Shown here one piece after another: positions 27,959-40,308 of a stretch of 64,000 bases of DNA. Source of the DNA: an uncultured Alphaproteobacteria bacterium (GTDB lineage Bacteria; Pseudomonadota; Alphaproteobacteria; Sphingomonadales; Sphingomonadaceae); the NCBI GenBank assembly GCA_963815315.1, contig CAWFFX010000007.1, forward strand, positions 71,732-135,731. The letters run 5' to 3'. The notes beneath the pieces are model-generated. The model saw only the letters and a program-made list of their open reading frames with translations, did not search any database and was not told the origin of the DNA. Both the position numbers and the translations under genes were made by a program. Each line of letters begins with the position of its first letter. Position 1 is the stretch's first letter.

Positions 27959-28076
27959 GTGGGTCTTTACAATCCATATACCATTGCGGCGCCGCTTGAA
28001 AATGCGCCGTTTCAACATTCAGGCGCAAATTCGGGGCGATCCCGGCGATTTACCACTCTCATCCCAGCAAACTGGA

Positions 28077-29534
28077 TCAAAAGGTATCGCGCGAAGTCCT
28101 CCACAACCGCGTGATGGCCGCCCACGCGCTCAGCCCTCCACCAGCATTGCGCGTATCTGAAAAGCGCGGCTTTAACGACTGAATATCGGGCGGCGTCTCC
28201 GCCGCATACAGGCACAGGCCCGCCAGCGTTGCGAATCCAGGCGTCGAATGCGCTTCGGGAAGGCCCTTTAACGAAGGGGTGCGGCCAACACGCACCGGCA
28301 TACCCAGCGCGCTTTGCATGAATTCCGCCAGCCCCGCGAGCTCCGACCCGCCGCCTGTCAAGACGACTTGCCCCGCGCCCGGCCCTGTAAAGCCTTCTGC
28401 TTTCAAAGCAGCGCCGATTGCCTGCGTCATCTGGGACAATCTCTGGTTGATGACCGCGATCAGATCGGCGCGTGAAATGCGGTTCTTTTCATCGGCACCG
28501 CGCGCCATCGGGCCGGGTGATCTGCCGTCGAGGCCATCGTTCGGCCCGTTGACCGGGATCATCTCGCGATGATCGTGCAGACTGGAGATAGCCGATCCAG
28601 CCACACATTTGAGCCGTTCGGCCTGCATCCGCTTGATCCCGAAACTGCTGGCAATTGCATCGGTAATGGCGCCAGAGCCCATGTCGATGGATCGCAGACC
28701 AACGAGCATTCCGGCGGCGAACACCGATACATTGGTCACATCGCTGCCGATTTCGACCAGCGCGACGCCAAGATCGCGCTCTTCCGGCGACAGGCAGGCA
28801 TAGGCGGACGCCAGAGGCGCAGCGACAACTCCATCAACTTTCAGATGGGCGTTGTTTACGGCCTCTTTCAGATTACGCAGCGGCGCTCCCTCGGCCAGCG
28901 TTACATGGACATGTACACCCAACCGTTCGGCGTGAAGTCCGCGCGGATCGACAACACCGTGTGCACCGTCCAGCGTATACAGCGCGGGCTGCGCATGCAG
29001 CACCTCGCGACCGTCGGGCCGCACGCCGGTGCGTGCCTGCGTCAACAGATGGTCGATATCTTCCTCTTCGATGCGGCGACCGCCGATTTCAATGTCGGTG
29101 GGAAAGACATAGCTTTCCAGGCCCGCGCCCGAACACGCGACCCATACGCTGGTAACCGCTGTTTGCGCGTTCTGTTCTGCGCGCTCAACCGCGTCCCCGA
29201 TGGCGTGGGTCGCGGCCTTCATTTCGGTGATGTAGCCGCGCTTTACCCCCGCACTGGCCCGGTGGCCCGAACCCAGCACCAGCAACTCGCCCGTCTCCGT
29301 CTCGCCCATGATCATCGCAGAAATGCGAAAAGATCCAATGTTAACCGCGCCGAAGGTGCGCACCAGCCGCGCCTTGCCGTTTACCGATCTGGAGGGCATC
29401 GATTTTGTGGGCAGCTTTGCCAACGCCGGCGGCGGCGCGGTCTTTTGCGGCGCGGGGCTTTGCCCGGTAGTGGCGGTCCGAGACGCAGCCTTGCCCGGCC
29501 CCCTGCCAGACAAGCCTTTGCGTATGTCGATCAT
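28077..29534 (-). CDS. ftsA: Cell division protein FtsA
   Basis: Actin-like ATPase motifs: VNIGSFRISAMI, VEIGSDVTNVSVF and VLTGGGSELAGL. The ATG overlaps the ftsQ stop as ATGA. Confidence 0.9.
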   Translation of the reverse strand: MIDIRKGLSGRGPGKAASRTATTGQSPAPQKTAPPPALAKLPTKSMPSRSVNGKARLVRTFGAVNIGSFRISAMIMGETETGELLVLGSGHRASAGVKRGYITEMKAATHAIGDAVERAEQNAQTAVTSVWVACSGAGLESYVFPTDIEIGGRRIEEEDIDHLLTQARTGVRPDGREVLHAQPALYTLDGAHGVVDPRGLHAERLGVHVHVTLAEGAPLRNLKEAVNNAHLKVDGVVAAPLASAYACLSPEERDLGVALVEIGSDVTNVSVFAAGMLVGLRSIDMGSGAITDAIASSFGIKRMQAERLKCVAGSAISSLHDHREMIPVNGPNDGLDGRSPGPMARGADEKNRISRADLIAVINQRLSQMTQAIGAALKAEGFTGPGAGQVVLTGGGSELAGLAEFMQSALGMPVRVGRTPSLKGLPEAHSTPGFATLAGLCLYAAETPPDIQSLKPRFSDTRNAGGGLSAWAAITRLWRTSRDTF

Positions 29535-30439
29535 GATCCGCCCTTTGCAAGTTCGATACGTTCAGCGCGCCCCGGCTCTCGCATGTAAATCCGCGGCGGG
29601 TTGCGCATGTCAAAGCTGGTTACCTTACCTCCGATGAGCCGGTATTGACCATCGAGATTGGCGAATTTGCCCAGCGCGCTGACGGACGTCTGCTTGCCTT
29701 CGGGAAGGGCCAGTACTTGTCCTGTCTTGAACATCAGGTTCCAGCGGCGATTACCAACCCATTCGGCCGACTGCACTTGCGCCTCGATTGCCGGGACAGC
29801 CGCGAACAGGGTGTTGAGCGAGGCAACCTGCCGCGCAGCCCCCGGCCCGGAAAGCAGCATCATCCGTGCAGCCTCCTTGGCGGTGACGGGCGCGAGTTCG
29901 TGCCCTTCCATATCAATGAGCACCTGATGGTCGGGCTTTTGCAGCACCGCGTGCGGCTTTCGCTCAACGATGTCGATGGCCAGAGTATCAGGCAACTGGA
30001 TCGAAACGCGCGCATCCTTTACCCACGAAAGTTCCATCAGGCGGGCGCGCAATTGTTCGATATCGACTTGCGGTATCGCCCGATCCTTCTCGCCCATGGC
30101 AAGGGCATAGACCACGTTTTCATCCAACCGATTAGTCCCAGATACGCGAACCGTGCGCACCGCAAACCCGGTATCCTGCGCCATTCGCGTCAGTTCGGCG
30201 TGGGCAATCGCGGGCACCCCGACAAGGTTGGCGATGGTCGCAACCAGCAGCGCCCCTGCACCGATGATCAACACCATGAACACCCGGCTCCACTGTTCTT
30301 CTGTGAGCGGCAGCAGGCCCATTGCGCTGTCGAGATAGCCGGTGGTTCTCGCCTTCGCCCGGCGCGCGCCAGCCGCACGGCTTTGCGATTGCCCTGCGCG
30401 GCGCACGCCCTTGCTGCCTGAACGGGTGATCCTAGCCAT
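29531..30439 (-). CDS. ftsQ: Cell division protein FtsQ (POTRA domain)
   Basis: Has a basic N-terminus, one TM helix (VFMVLIIGAGALLVATIANLV), and POTRA-like FAVRTVRVSGTNRL. I prefer the ATG at 30439, which overlaps ddl by 8 nt, over the start at 30484. Confidence 0.8.
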   Translation of the reverse strand: MARITRSGSKGVRRAGQSQSRAAGARRAKARTTGYLDSAMGLLPLTEEQWSRVFMVLIIGAGALLVATIANLVGVPAIAHAELTRMAQDTGFAVRTVRVSGTNRLDENVVYALAMGEKDRAIPQVDIEQLRARLMELSWVKDARVSIQLPDTLAIDIVERKPHAVLQKPDHQVLIDMEGHELAPVTAKEAARMMLLSGPGAARQVASLNTLFAAVPAIEAQVQSAEWVGNRRWNLMFKTGQVLALPEGKQTSVSALGKFANLDGQYRLIGGKVTSFDMRNPPRIYMREPGRAERIELAKGGS

Positions 30440-31418
30440 CGGCGCCGCCTTGGGCCTGCCGCGCTGAATTGCGCCTGAGCGCATCCTTGACCAGCATATC
30501 GACCAGATCGGTGTAGGGGATGCCGGCGTTGAGTGCCTGTTCCGGCACCAGACTAAGCGGGGTCATGCCCGGCTGCGTGTTGGTTTCCAGAACGAACAAG
30601 CCATCCTCGCCCGCTTCATCGTCCCAGCGAAAATCGGTGCGACTGGTTCCGTGGCAACCAAGCGCGGTATGCGCGCGGATCGCATATTGTTCGCACAGCG
30701 CCGCGATTTCAGGCGGGATCTTCGCGGGGCAGACGTGCTGTGTGCGCCCTTCGGTGTATTTGTGCTCGTAGTCGTAAAAGCCGCCCTCGATGATGAGTTC
30801 GGTGACGCCCAGCGCGCGAGGGCCATCCGCACCATCCAGCACAGCGGTGGTCAGCTCGCGTCCCTTGATAAAGGGTTCGGCGAGCAATTGTGCAAATTCC
30901 TGCCATGGTCCCACTGCATCGCGGGCGATGGGATTTCCGACATTGCTATCCTGCGTGACGATAGCGACCCCGACGGATGATCCTTCGTTCACGGGTTTCA
31001 GGACATAGGGGCGCGGAAGCGGATCGCGCTCGAACAGTTCTTCGCGCGAAACAATGCGCCCGCCGGGCATCGGGATGCCATGCGGCAACAGCGCCTGCTT
31101 CGTCAGCTGCTTGTCAATCGCGATCACCGACGTGGCGAGGCCCGAATGGGTATAGGGCAGGCCCATCAGATCGAGCATACCCTGAACACTGCCATCCTCG
31201 CCGGGAACGCCGTGCAGCGCGTTGAACACGACATCGGGCGCGGCCTCGCTCAAACGCGCGGCAACATCGCGGCCCATATCGATGGCCGTGACACGATAGC
31301 CCTTCATTTCCAGCGCATCGGCGACGCCATTGCCGCTCATCAACGAAACTTCGCGTTCGTTCGCCCAGCCGCCCATCAGGACCGCGACATGGATATTGCT
31401 GTTTGCGGAATCGCTCAT
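30432..31418 (-). CDS. ddl: D-alanine--D-alanine ligase
   Basis: Contains VAVLMGGWANEREVSLMSG and an ATP-grasp region. The ATG at 31418 overlaps the murB stop as ATGA. Confidence 0.9.
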   Translation of the reverse strand: MSDSANSNIHVAVLMGGWANEREVSLMSGNGVADALEMKGYRVTAIDMGRDVAARLSEAAPDVVFNALHGVPGEDGSVQGMLDLMGLPYTHSGLATSVIAIDKQLTKQALLPHGIPMPGGRIVSREELFERDPLPRPYVLKPVNEGSSVGVAIVTQDSNVGNPIARDAVGPWQEFAQLLAEPFIKGRELTTAVLDGADGPRALGVTELIIEGGFYDYEHKYTEGRTQHVCPAKIPPEIAALCEQYAIRAHTALGCHGTSRTDFRWDDEAGEDGLFVLETNTQPGMTPLSLVPEQALNAGIPYTDLVDMLVKDALRRNSARQAQGGADG

Positions 31419-32419
31419 GGCCGCCCTACCCGCTGAATTTCCCATTCGAGACTGACACCTGAATGCGCATAGACCTTCTCGCGCACGAGTTCGCCCAACG
31501 CCTCGATATTGGCGCTGGTAGCAGTGCCGGTGTTGATGAGGAAATTGGTGTGCTTTTCCGAAACCTGCGCGCCGCCCACCATCAGCCCGCGACAGCCCGC
31601 TTCATCCACCAATTGCCATGCCCTTCGGCCTTCGGGGTTCTTGAAAGTCGATCCGCCAGTCTTGGTGCGAAGCGGCTGCGATGCCTCGCGCGCGGCGGCA
31701 ATGCGGTCCATCTCCGCGCCGATTTCGGCAGGATCGCCGGGCGTGCCACGGAACCGCGCCGACACCACAATTGCGCCATCGGGCAATGCGGAGTGGCGAT
31801 AGGTGTAATGCAGGTCTGCCGGGGTCAGGGTGACCATCGCGCCGTTGGGCAGCAGCACTTGGCAATCGACCAGAATATCGGCCACCTCGCGCCCGTACGC
31901 CCCGCCGTTCATGCGAACAAAGCCGCCGACCGTGCCGGGGATGCCGCGCAGAAATTCCAGCCCCGCAATTCCGGCGTCGCGCGCGGTGGAGGCGACCAGA
32001 ATGCCACTCGCTCCGCCGCCGCAGGTCAGCACGTTTTCGCCAACCAGATCGTCCTGGTTTACTTCCACCGCAGAGAACGGTTTACCCAGCCGCACGACCA
32101 CGCCCGGCACACCGCCATCGCGGATGATGAGGTTCGATCCGAGCCCCAGCGCCATCACGGGCAGGCTGGCATCCATGCGCTCCATGAACAGTTTGAGATC
32201 GTCCAGATCGGCGGGCTCGAACAGCCAGTCCGCCGTACCCCCGGTCTTGAACCATACGAGCTTGGCCAGCGCAGCATTGGCAACTACACTGCCACGTATA
32301 CCCGCCAGCGGAACGGGCGAACTTACGGCGCCCTCAACCGCGCAAGTAGGCGCCGCGCCGCTATCGCGCAATGCGCCCTCACCCAGTTGTGGGGTGCGAA
32401 ATTGCGGCGCCTGGGTCAT
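31415..32419 (-). CDS. murB: UDP-N-acetylenolpyruvoylglucosamine reductase
   Basis: Has an FAD-binding domain ([12 protein letters not shown]) and the C-terminal MurB domain (GSTFKNP). The ATG at 32419 overlaps the murC stop as ATGA. Confidence 0.9.
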   Translation of the reverse strand: MTQAPQFRTPQLGEGALRDSGAAPTCAVEGAVSSPVPLAGIRGSVVANAALAKLVWFKTGGTADWLFEPADLDDLKLFMERMDASLPVMALGLGSNLIIRDGGVPGVVVRLGKPFSAVEVNQDDLVGENVLTCGGGASGILVASTARDAGIAGLEFLRGIPGTVGGFVRMNGGAYGREVADILVDCQVLLPNGAMVTLTPADLHYTYRHSALPDGAIVVSARFRGTPGDPAEIGAEMDRIAAAREASQPLRTKTGGSTFKNPEGRRAWQLVDEAGCRGLMVGGAQVSEKHTNFLINTGTATSANIEALGELVREKVYAHSGVSLEWEIQRVGRP

Positions 32420-33852
32420 GCCGCGCCCGCCGCGTGCGCATCGATTGCATCGGCCAGATCGGCAGCCCAGCGAGTGATGTCGCCCGCGCCAAGGCACACG
32501 ATGTAGTCGCCGGCCTCGATCGTACCTGCCAGCGTTTGGGCGAGCGCGTCGCGATCTGCGATCTCTTGCGCAGAACGGTGCCCGCGCGATTTCATCCCCG
32601 CAACCAGCGCCGCACTGTCAACACCGGGGATCGGCGTTTCGCCCGCTTCGTAAACGGGGGCGACAAACACCATGTCCGCTTCGTTGAAGCAGGTCTGGAA
32701 ATCTTCCATCAGATCGTTGAGCCGCGAATACCGATGCGGCTGGGCGACAGCAATCACCCGGCCATCGGTGCCCGATACCGCCTCGCGCGCGGCGCTGAGC
32801 ACGGCGCGAATTTCCACCGGGTGGTGGGCGTAATCGTCGATCACCGTCACAACGCCTCCGCCGCGCGCAATCGTGCCGACCTTGGTGAAGCGGCGACGCA
32901 CTCCGCCAAACGCGGCAAAGCCCTTGCGGATGACTTCGTCCGGGCAGCCCATCTCGATCGCCACCGCAATCGCGGCGAGCGCATTTTGCACGTTGTGACG
33001 ACCGGGCATGGGCAAATGCACGCCTTCGATACGGCGATCTTCCTCACCGCGCTGGCGCACCATCACGTCGAACGTGTTTCCGCCATCGCTGGGGCGGATA
33101 TTGACCCCGCAAATGTCCGCCTGAAGCGAAAAGCCGTAAGTCACGACCTTTCGATCGCGCACCGCACCGATAACTGCCTGCACTTCCGGATGATCGACGC
33201 ACAGGATTGCCGCACCATAGAACGGCACGTTGTGGATGAATTCCAGAAATGCGCGCCGCACCCCGTCAAAATCGCCATAATGATCGAGGTGTTCGGGATC
33301 GATATTGGTGACGACCGCGATCGTCCCGTCCAGCCGCAGGAAACTGCCGTCGCTCTCGTCCGCCTCCACGACCATCCAGTCGCTGTCGCCCAGACGCGCG
33401 TTGGAGCCGTATTGCTCGATGATCCCGCCATTGATGACAGTTGGATCGATATTACCGCAATCGAGCAGGCTGGCGATCATGCTGGTGGTCGTGGTCTTGC
33501 CATGCGTGCCCGCGACAGCGACGGTCGATTTGAGGCGCATCAATTCGGCCAGCATCTCTGCGCGGCGGACCACGGGAATGCGTGCTTCAAGCGCGGCGGC
33601 AACCTCGGGATTGGTGCGGCGTACTGCGGTCGAGGTGACGACGACTGCGACCCCTTCGACATTTTCCTTGGCATGGCCGATATGCACCGGGATGCCACGC
33701 GCGCGCAGCCGTTCGACACTGGGGCCTTCGGAAATGTCGGAGCCCTGCACGGTATATCCCAGGTTGCGCATCACCTCGGCAATGCCCGACATGCCGATCC
33801 CGCCGATGCCGACAAAGTGGATGGTGCCAATATCTGTGCCGACGCCCTTCAT
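32416..33852 (-). CDS. murC: UDP-N-acetylmuramate--L-alanine ligase
   Basis: Contains [18 protein letters not shown] and [13 protein letters not shown]. Confidence 0.9.
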   Translation of the reverse strand: MKGVGTDIGTIHFVGIGGIGMSGIAEVMRNLGYTVQGSDISEGPSVERLRARGIPVHIGHAKENVEGVAVVVTSTAVRRTNPEVAAALEARIPVVRRAEMLAELMRLKSTVAVAGTHGKTTTTSMIASLLDCGNIDPTVINGGIIEQYGSNARLGDSDWMVVEADESDGSFLRLDGTIAVVTNIDPEHLDHYGDFDGVRRAFLEFIHNVPFYGAAILCVDHPEVQAVIGAVRDRKVVTYGFSLQADICGVNIRPSDGGNTFDVMVRQRGEEDRRIEGVHLPMPGRHNVQNALAAIAVAIEMGCPDEVIRKGFAAFGGVRRRFTKVGTIARGGGVVTVIDDYAHHPVEIRAVLSAAREAVSGTDGRVIAVAQPHRYSRLNDLMEDFQTCFNEADMVFVAPVYEAGETPIPGVDSAALVAGMKSRGHRSAQEIADRDALAQTLAGTIEAGDYIVCLGAGDITRWAADLADAIDAHAAGAA

Positions 33853-35084
33853 TTCAGGGGTGCATCCTCTGCCACGTCGCGCGTCGCCGCCTGCGGATTG
33901 GTCGCCGTCTGCGCACCGCGCGGCGCGGTTTCGCCCACGCGGATGACGTCCATCAGATCAATGCCGCCAAGGCTTTCGACCAGATCGGCCAGTTCTTTTG
34001 CCGCATCGGGCCGTCCACAATTCCATGCCCCGTGGGCTGCATTGGCTAGCGTTTCAGGCTTTTGCGCCAGCGCCTGAATCTGTTTCGCCAGTTCCTTGGG
34101 CGCGAAATTGTCCTGCCGGATCATGCGCGCGCCGCCCGCCTTTGCCATTTCGCGCGTGTTCGCGGCCTGATGATCGTCCGTCGCGATCGGCAAAGGGATC
34201 AGGATCGCCGGGCGGCCAACGGCGGTCAGTTCGGCGATGGTCGAAGCGCCCGCGCGCCCAATGAAGAGATGCGCATCAGCCAGCCGCTCGTGCATGTCCT
34301 CAAAATAGGTGCCGAGTTCAGCGGGAATGTCGTGTTCGGCATACCGTTCGCGCACGCTGTCGAGGTCTTCGGGTCGGCATTGCTGCGTCACCTGAAGCCG
34401 TCGGCGGAAGGGCGGCGGCAGCATCGCAAGCCCATCGGGCACCACTTCGGAAAGGACGCGCGCACCCTGCGATCCTCCGGTCACCAGCACGCGCAGCAGG
34501 CTATCAGCAGTCAGCGCGGGGAAATCCTGATCGCGCAAGGCCAGCACCTCTTCGCGCACCGGATTGCCGATGAGGTGGACCTTCGCCGAATATTTCGACT
34601 TCAACCGCTCGACCGCAGGATAGGAGGTCGCAATCGCATCCACCTTTCCGGCAAGCAGACGGTTGACCCGGCCCAGCACCGCATTCTGTTCATGAATGAC
34701 GCAGGGAATATCCGCCGCCAGCGCGCCCAAAAGTGCAGGTAGTGCGGGATACCCGCCAAAGCCGACTACCGCACTTGGTTCGAACGTTTCGAACAGGCGC
34801 AGCGCCATCTGCCGCCCTTCCAGCACCGCACCGATCCCGGTGGGCCATTGCAGCGGGTTCTTGCCGAACCGACCGGCGGGCAGGACGTGCGCTGTCAGGC
34901 CATCGGGTTTGCCAGGAATGTTTGCGCCGCGCGCATCGGTGATCAATGCCACGTGATGCCCGCGGGCCTGCAGTTCGCTCGCCAGCGCAAATGCCGGGAT
35001 CAGGTGCCCGCCCGTTCCCCCTGCGGCCAGCACGAAATGCCGACTTGCGCCCCCGGCGAGGTTCTGGGGTGTCTGGCTATTCAT
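33849..35084 (-). CDS. murG: Undecaprenyl-PP-MurNAc-pentapeptide GlcNAc transferase
   Basis: Contains [17 protein letters not shown]. The ATG at 35084 overlaps the ftsW stop as ATGA. The track ORF start at 35198 is rejected. Confidence 0.9.
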   Translation of the reverse strand: MNSQTPQNLAGGASRHFVLAAGGTGGHLIPAFALASELQARGHHVALITDARGANIPGKPDGLTAHVLPAGRFGKNPLQWPTGIGAVLEGRQMALRLFETFEPSAVVGFGGYPALPALLGALAADIPCVIHEQNAVLGRVNRLLAGKVDAIATSYPAVERLKSKYSAKVHLIGNPVREEVLALRDQDFPALTADSLLRVLVTGGSQGARVLSEVVPDGLAMLPPPFRRRLQVTQQCRPEDLDSVRERYAEHDIPAELGTYFEDMHERLADAHLFIGRAGASTIAELTAVGRPAILIPLPIATDDHQAANTREMAKAGGARMIRQDNFAPKELAKQIQALAQKPETLANAAHGAWNCGRPDAAKELADLVESLGGIDLMDVIRVGETAPRGAQTATNPQAATRDVAEDAPLK

Positions 35085-36355
35085 GCCGCACTCTCCTTGC
35101 GCTCGAACGGGTTTCTCAATCCGGGCACTTCGCGTTCCAGAAACGGATTGCGCCGCGTGATTGCGAGCAACAGTCCGAGGGTCAAACAGATTGCCCACAT
35201 GGATGATCCACCGTAACTGATCAACGGCAAGGTTGTACCCTTGGCCGGCGCAAGTTTCAGATTCACCGCCATGTTGAGGAACGCCTGCCCGCCGAATTGG
35301 GCGACCAATCCTGTCCCTGCAAGCACCGCAAACAGATTATCCTCATTCGCGAGGCGCACCAGCACCCGGGCGATGATCGCCAGATACAAGATCACGATGA
35401 GCCCGCAAACGATTAGCCCGCCCTCTTCGCCGATGACCGAGAAGATGTAATCGGTATGCGCCTCTGGCAGGTTGTATTTGCGCGTGCCCAGCCACAGCCC
35501 GCTGCCGGCCCACCCGCCATTTACCAGCGTCCGGTTTGCAAGATCGACCTGATCGAAAGCAGTCCCGCCGCCCAAAAAGGCATCGATCCGATTGCGGCCG
35601 TTTTCATAGGTCAGATACATGATCGCAAAGCCCAGCGCGCCCAGACCGGCGAGCGCGGCGATGCGCTGCATCGGGATGCCAGACAGGAAAATCAGCACGC
35701 AAAACGTGCCGACAAACAGCATCGTCTCGCCCAGATTGGGTTGCAGCATCAGCAGTGATCCGACTGCCAGCGTCAGGCCCGTTGCGAGCCACATCACCGG
35801 CAGGGACGGATCGCGTGCTCGCCAGCTGAATATCCACGCCAGCGCGACTGCAAATCCGGGCTTCAGAAATTCGCTGGGTTGCAGGCTCATCCCCATATTG
35901 AGCCAACGTGTCGCGCCGTTCTTTTCCACGCCGATGATCGGCACAAGGATCAGCAGGAAGAACGTAAACAGAGCCACCCGAATGGCCAGCCGCCGCGCAT
36001 CGTCGCGGCTGAGCAGCGAGATCCCGAGCATTCCGGTAAAGCCGGTAATCAGAAACAGCATGTGCCGTTTGAAGAACCGGAACGGGTCAACAGTCTCAGC
36101 TGCGGTGGACAATTGATCGGCGCTTGCCGGCGATGCGGCCAGCACTGCGGCAATGCCAACCCCCATCAACAGCACGATAAGGCACAGCAGCACCCGGTCC
36201 ACTTCGCCCCACCACACACGCAGGGCCGCGCGCCAACCACGCCGCAGCGGGACTGGCGCGTGATAGGCAGCGGGCGAATTGCTGGCATCATCAGCCGATA
36301 TCGCGGTGCGCGCTATAGCATTAAAGCCAGGTCGCGATGACTTATACCCGTTCAT
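35081..36355 (-). CDS. ftsW: SEDS-family peptidoglycan polymerase FtsW
   Basis: A polytopic membrane protein with the SEDS motifs PSEFLKP and LPLISYGGSS. It sits in the usual dcw position. Confidence 0.85.
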   Translation of the reverse strand: MNGYKSSRPGFNAIARTAISADDASNSPAAYHAPVPLRRGWRAALRVWWGEVDRVLLCLIVLLMGVGIAAVLAASPASADQLSTAAETVDPFRFFKRHMLFLITGFTGMLGISLLSRDDARRLAIRVALFTFFLLILVPIIGVEKNGATRWLNMGMSLQPSEFLKPGFAVALAWIFSWRARDPSLPVMWLATGLTLAVGSLLMLQPNLGETMLFVGTFCVLIFLSGIPMQRIAALAGLGALGFAIMYLTYENGRNRIDAFLGGGTAFDQVDLANRTLVNGGWAGSGLWLGTRKYNLPEAHTDYIFSVIGEEGGLIVCGLIVILYLAIIARVLVRLANEDNLFAVLAGTGLVAQFGGQAFLNMAVNLKLAPAKGTTLPLISYGGSSMWAICLTLGLLLAITRRNPFLEREVPGLRNPFERKESAA

Positions 36356-37737
36356 CGCGCGCTCCCCGGTGCAGGAGGATCGATTGCGCAGGGATCGTTG
36401 CCCTCTTGATCGCCCATGATGCTGACAAGCTGGCGAAAATGTTCGCCGCGTTTTTCATAATCGCGAAACTGATCGTAACTGGCGCAAGCGGGGGAGAACA
36501 ACACCACATCACCCGGCTGGGCGCTGGATTGCGCGCGTCGCACCGCTTCTGACACCAGTTCGCAGCGTTCCACGCAGGCGACCCTGCCTGTCAGTAATTC
36601 TGCAAAGCGAGGTCCGGCCTCACCCACGGTGTAGGCGGCAGCAACGTTGCCAAGATGCGCGGCGCATTCGCCAAGCCCCTCTTCCTTGGCCAGCCCGCCG
36701 ACGATCCAATGAATGCGCGGGGCGCCATCGTGGATCGAGTGATCGGGCGGATACGCCGCCAGTGCAGGCGCGGTCGAAGCGGTATTGGTCGCCTTGCTGT
36801 CGTTGATGAAGATCACTCCGTCGCGCTCGCACACAATCTCCATCCGGTGCGGCAGATTGTGGAAATTCGTCAGCGCACGCCGCCATTCGGCCTCATCAAC
36901 GCCCAGCTCTTCGACCAGTGCAACCGCGATTGCGACATTCTGCAGATTGTGCGGGCCTTGCAACGTCGGCCATTCGGCCTGCAATTGGGCCAGCGCGGCG
37001 AGATCGGCGGCGATGGCGCGGTCTGCCGGGCGACGAGCCTGCTCGCTGGCGAAGATTGCATCGCACGGGGGCGCAAGCGTGCCGAACGCCGCCAAGCTTT
37101 CGGAAGATTGCATCGCGAACAGCCGCGCCTTTGACGCGACATAGGCGGCAAAACCTTCGTATCGGTCCAGATGATCTGGAGTAATGTTGGTCAGCGCTGC
37201 AACCTCGCAATCGAGGGTGAATGTCAGGTCCAACTGAAAGCTCGACAGCTCAAGCACATAGACGCCGCCTTCGTTCAGCGGTGCCTGCGCCATGATTGGC
37301 TCACCAATGTTTCCGCCAAGCAGGCTGGGCCTGCCCGCCGATTGGAGGATGTGATGGATCAGCGCGACTGTGGTCGATTTGCCATTGGTGCCGGTGATGC
37401 CCGCGACCTTGTGCGCTGGCAGACTGGCACGGGCCTGCGCAAACAGTTCGACATCGCCGATGATCGGAACGCAGCAGCGGCTGGCATGGGGCGCTATTGG
37501 ATGCGTATTAAGCGGCACGCCGGGGGATACCACCACCGCGTCCATTCCCGTCAGGTCCATTTCCAGCGGATCGGCGACGGAGCAGCGCCCTTCAAATGGT
37601 TCGCGTGCCACGTCCTGCCGATCCCACACGGTCACCTGCGCCCCGCTTGCCAGCAGCGCCTCGGCCGCAGCCGCGCCCGACCGGGCAAGGCCCAGCACGG
37701 CGTAGCGTTTTTCGGCAAAGGCGGGGGAGGTAATCAT
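36352..37737 (-). CDS. murD: UDP-N-acetylmuramoylalanine--D-glutamate ligase
   Basis: Contains [11 protein letters not shown] and LELSSFQL. Confidence 0.9.
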   Translation of the reverse strand: MITSPAFAEKRYAVLGLARSGAAAAEALLASGAQVTVWDRQDVAREPFEGRCSVADPLEMDLTGMDAVVVSPGVPLNTHPIAPHASRCCVPIIGDVELFAQARASLPAHKVAGITGTNGKSTTVALIHHILQSAGRPSLLGGNIGEPIMAQAPLNEGGVYVLELSSFQLDLTFTLDCEVAALTNITPDHLDRYEGFAAYVASKARLFAMQSSESLAAFGTLAPPCDAIFASEQARRPADRAIAADLAALAQLQAEWPTLQGPHNLQNVAIAVALVEELGVDEAEWRRALTNFHNLPHRMEIVCERDGVIFINDSKATNTASTAPALAAYPPDHSIHDGAPRIHWIVGGLAKEEGLGECAAHLGNVAAAYTVGEAGPRFAELLTGRVACVERCELVSEAVRRAQSSAQPGDVVLFSPACASYDQFRDYEKRGEHFRQLVSIMGDQEGNDPCAIDPPAPGSAR

Positions 37738-38804
37738 CGCACTTTCAACGTCGCCAGTCCTGCCAGCGCCAGGACGATGGCGATAATCCAGAACCGGATC
37801 ACAACCTTCGTCTCGCTCCAGCCCAGTTGCTCGAAATGGTGGTGGATGGGCGCCATGCGGAACACGCGCCTGCCCGTCCGCTTGAACCAGACCACCTGAA
37901 TTATGACCGACAGCGCCTCGAACACGAACAATCCGCCCACGATGGCCAGCACGACTTCATGATGGGACGCGACCGCTATCGCGCCCAGTGCACCACCCAG
38001 CGCTAGGCTGCCGGTGTCACCCATGAACACTGCCGCAGGCGGCGCGTTAAACCACAGGAACGCAAGGCCACCGCCCATGATCGCTGCGCAGAATATAGCC
38101 AGCTCCCCCGCACCCGGCACATGCGGAATTCCCAGATAATCGCTGAAGTCCGCCCGCCCGACCAGATAGGCAATGATCGCGAAGGTGCCGCTGGCAATGA
38201 TGACCGGCATGATCGCAAGCCCATCCAGCCCGTCTGTCAGGTTTACCGCATTGCCTGCGCCAACCATTACGACGGCGGCAAACACATAATAGGCCGGACC
38301 CAGCGGGATCGAGACATCAGAGAAGAACGGGATGTAGAGATTGGTGTTGATCTGACTGACGATAATGTAGCTCGCCACGCCAGCGACCGCGAATTCCATG
38401 CCAAGGCGCACCTTGCCCGATACGCCCTTGTGCGAATTCTTCGTCACCTTGTCGTAATCGTCAAGAAAACCGATCAGCCCGAACCCGATGGTGACAGCAA
38501 TGCACGCCCACACGAGTGGGCTGCGCGGGTCCATCCAGATTGTCAGCGATGCAATCAGGGCGATCAGGATCATCAGGCCGCCCATGGTCGGAGTACCAAC
38601 CTTGGCGAGGTGAGTTTGCGGCCCGTCTTCCCGGATCGGCTGCCCCTTGCCCTGGCGCACGCGCAACAAGTTGATAAACCGCGGCCCGATGAGAAGACCG
38701 ATGATCAGCGCGGTGACCAGCGTCGCCCCGCTGCGGAACGTCTGGTATCGCACCAGATTGAAGATGCCTTCGAATTCCAGCCATTCCGCAAGAAGGTAAA
38801 GCAT
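37734..38804 (-). CDS. mraY: Phospho-N-acetylmuramoyl-pentapeptide transferase
   Basis: Contains [20 protein letters not shown] and HHHFE. Confidence 0.95.
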   Translation of the reverse strand: MLYLLAEWLEFEGIFNLVRYQTFRSGATLVTALIIGLLIGPRFINLLRVRQGKGQPIREDGPQTHLAKVGTPTMGGLMILIALIASLTIWMDPRSPLVWACIAVTIGFGLIGFLDDYDKVTKNSHKGVSGKVRLGMEFAVAGVASYIIVSQINTNLYIPFFSDVSIPLGPAYYVFAAVVMVGAGNAVNLTDGLDGLAIMPVIIASGTFAIIAYLVGRADFSDYLGIPHVPGAGELAIFCAAIMGGGLAFLWFNAPPAAVFMGDTGSLALGGALGAIAVASHHEVVLAIVGGLFVFEALSVIIQVVWFKRTGRRVFRMAPIHHHFEQLGWSETKVVIRFWIIAIVLALAGLATLKVR

Positions 38805-38823
38805 TAACGGTCCCTCGCGCGCA

Positions 38824-40308
38824 TCACTCCGGCGCGCTTGTAAAATGTGTCACAAGCTTTCCGAGGCCAACCGAGTTGGACCCTTTCACCAGCACCGCAT
38901 CGCCATGCGTCAGGGGATACTCGGAAAGCGCTGCGATCGCCTCGTCAGGCCCCTTGCAATGGGCGAAGCTGGGTAACTTGCCAAGCGGATCGTTACCCGC
39001 TTTCCCCAATTCGACCTCGAGCGCCCGCATTTCGTCGCCCACCAGAATGACGTGATCGACGCGCGCCTCGACCAGCGGTTCGACCAGGGCAGCGTGAAAT
39101 TTGGCCGAGAAATCACCCAGTTCCTTCATCGAACCGAGCACAGCAATGCGGCGAAGGGCCGGGGTCTGACCAAGGCTGCGCAGGGTGGCGCGCATCGATG
39201 CCGGGTTGGCGTTATAGCTTTCATCGATCATCAGTGCCTTGCCGCCATCGATCCCGCCAGCGGCGGGTACCTGAAAGCGGGCACCACGCCCCTTCAATCC
39301 GCCCATTTCGGCCAGCGCCAGTCCGGCGCTTGCCAGATCACCGCCTGCCGCGCGCACTGCCGCCATTACGGCGAGCGAATTGGCAATCCAGTGATCGCCC
39401 GGCTCGGCCACGGTATAGCAGACGCGCTGATCTCCCATGTCCGCGGTAATCAGCGACCCGCCGTTGGCATTGGGTATCGCATCCAGCAGGCGCACATCGG
39501 CATCTGCACTGCGCCCGAAGGTGACGATCCGGACGCCCAGCGACCGGGCATGTTCCATCAGGCGCGGTGCATATTCGCTGTCAGCCGGGATCACGGCGGT
39601 GCCGCCGGGCATCAGTCCGGTGAATATCTGCGCCTTCTCATCCGCAATCGCCTCGATCGAACCGAGGTTTTCGATGTGAGCGGGCGCGATGGTCGTGATG
39701 ACAGCCACGTGCGGGCGCACATGCGCTGACAGCGGGGCGATTTCTCCAGCGTGGTTCATTCCCATCTCGAACACGCCGAACCGCGCGCGTGCAGGCAGAC
39801 GTGCCAAGCTGAGGGGAACGCCGACATGGTTGTTATAACTGCGAACGCTGCGATGCGCGCCGCCCCGGCTGGCCCGGTCAAGCGCGGCGAAGATAGCCTC
39901 TTTCACCCCGGTCTTTCCCACCGAACCGGTAACACCAATACGCTTTGCGCCACTGCGTTCGCGCGCTGCATGAGCGATCGCGTGCAGCGCGGCGGTCGTA
40001 TCCTCGACCAGCACATGCGGATACTCGACCGGGCGATCGACGATTGCCGCAACTGCGCCTCTTTCAAAGGCCATCGACAAAAACCGGTGCCCGTCCATCG
40101 CCTCGCCTTTCAGCGCGACGAACAGATCGCCGGGACGCACATCGCGGCTGTCCATTTCCACACCGGATGCCTGAAACGGCTCGCTCGCGGTGCCGCCGGT
40201 CGCTTGCGCAATAGCCTGCGCATCCCACAGTGCCAGCGGGAGTGTGTCGCGCGGTGCGACCGGCCATGCGCGCAAGAGCGGGTGTTGCTGTGCCGCAGAA
40301 GCGCTCAT
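38824..40308 (-). CDS. murF: UDP-MurNAc-tripeptide--D-Ala-D-Ala ligase
   Basis: Contains [13 protein letters not shown] and the Mur ligase middle and C-terminal domains. The ATG at 40308 overlaps the murE stop as ATGA. Confidence 0.9.
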   Translation of the reverse strand: MSASAAQQHPLLRAWPVAPRDTLPLALWDAQAIAQATGGTASEPFQASGVEMDSRDVRPGDLFVALKGEAMDGHRFLSMAFERGAVAAIVDRPVEYPHVLVEDTTAALHAIAHAARERSGAKRIGVTGSVGKTGVKEAIFAALDRASRGGAHRSVRSYNNHVGVPLSLARLPARARFGVFEMGMNHAGEIAPLSAHVRPHVAVITTIAPAHIENLGSIEAIADEKAQIFTGLMPGGTAVIPADSEYAPRLMEHARSLGVRIVTFGRSADADVRLLDAIPNANGGSLITADMGDQRVCYTVAEPGDHWIANSLAVMAAVRAAGGDLASAGLALAEMGGLKGRGARFQVPAAGGIDGGKALMIDESYNANPASMRATLRSLGQTPALRRIAVLGSMKELGDFSAKFHAALVEPLVEARVDHVILVGDEMRALEVELGKAGNDPLGKLPSFAHCKGPDEAIAALSEYPLTHGDAVLVKGSNSVGLGKLVTHFTSAPE

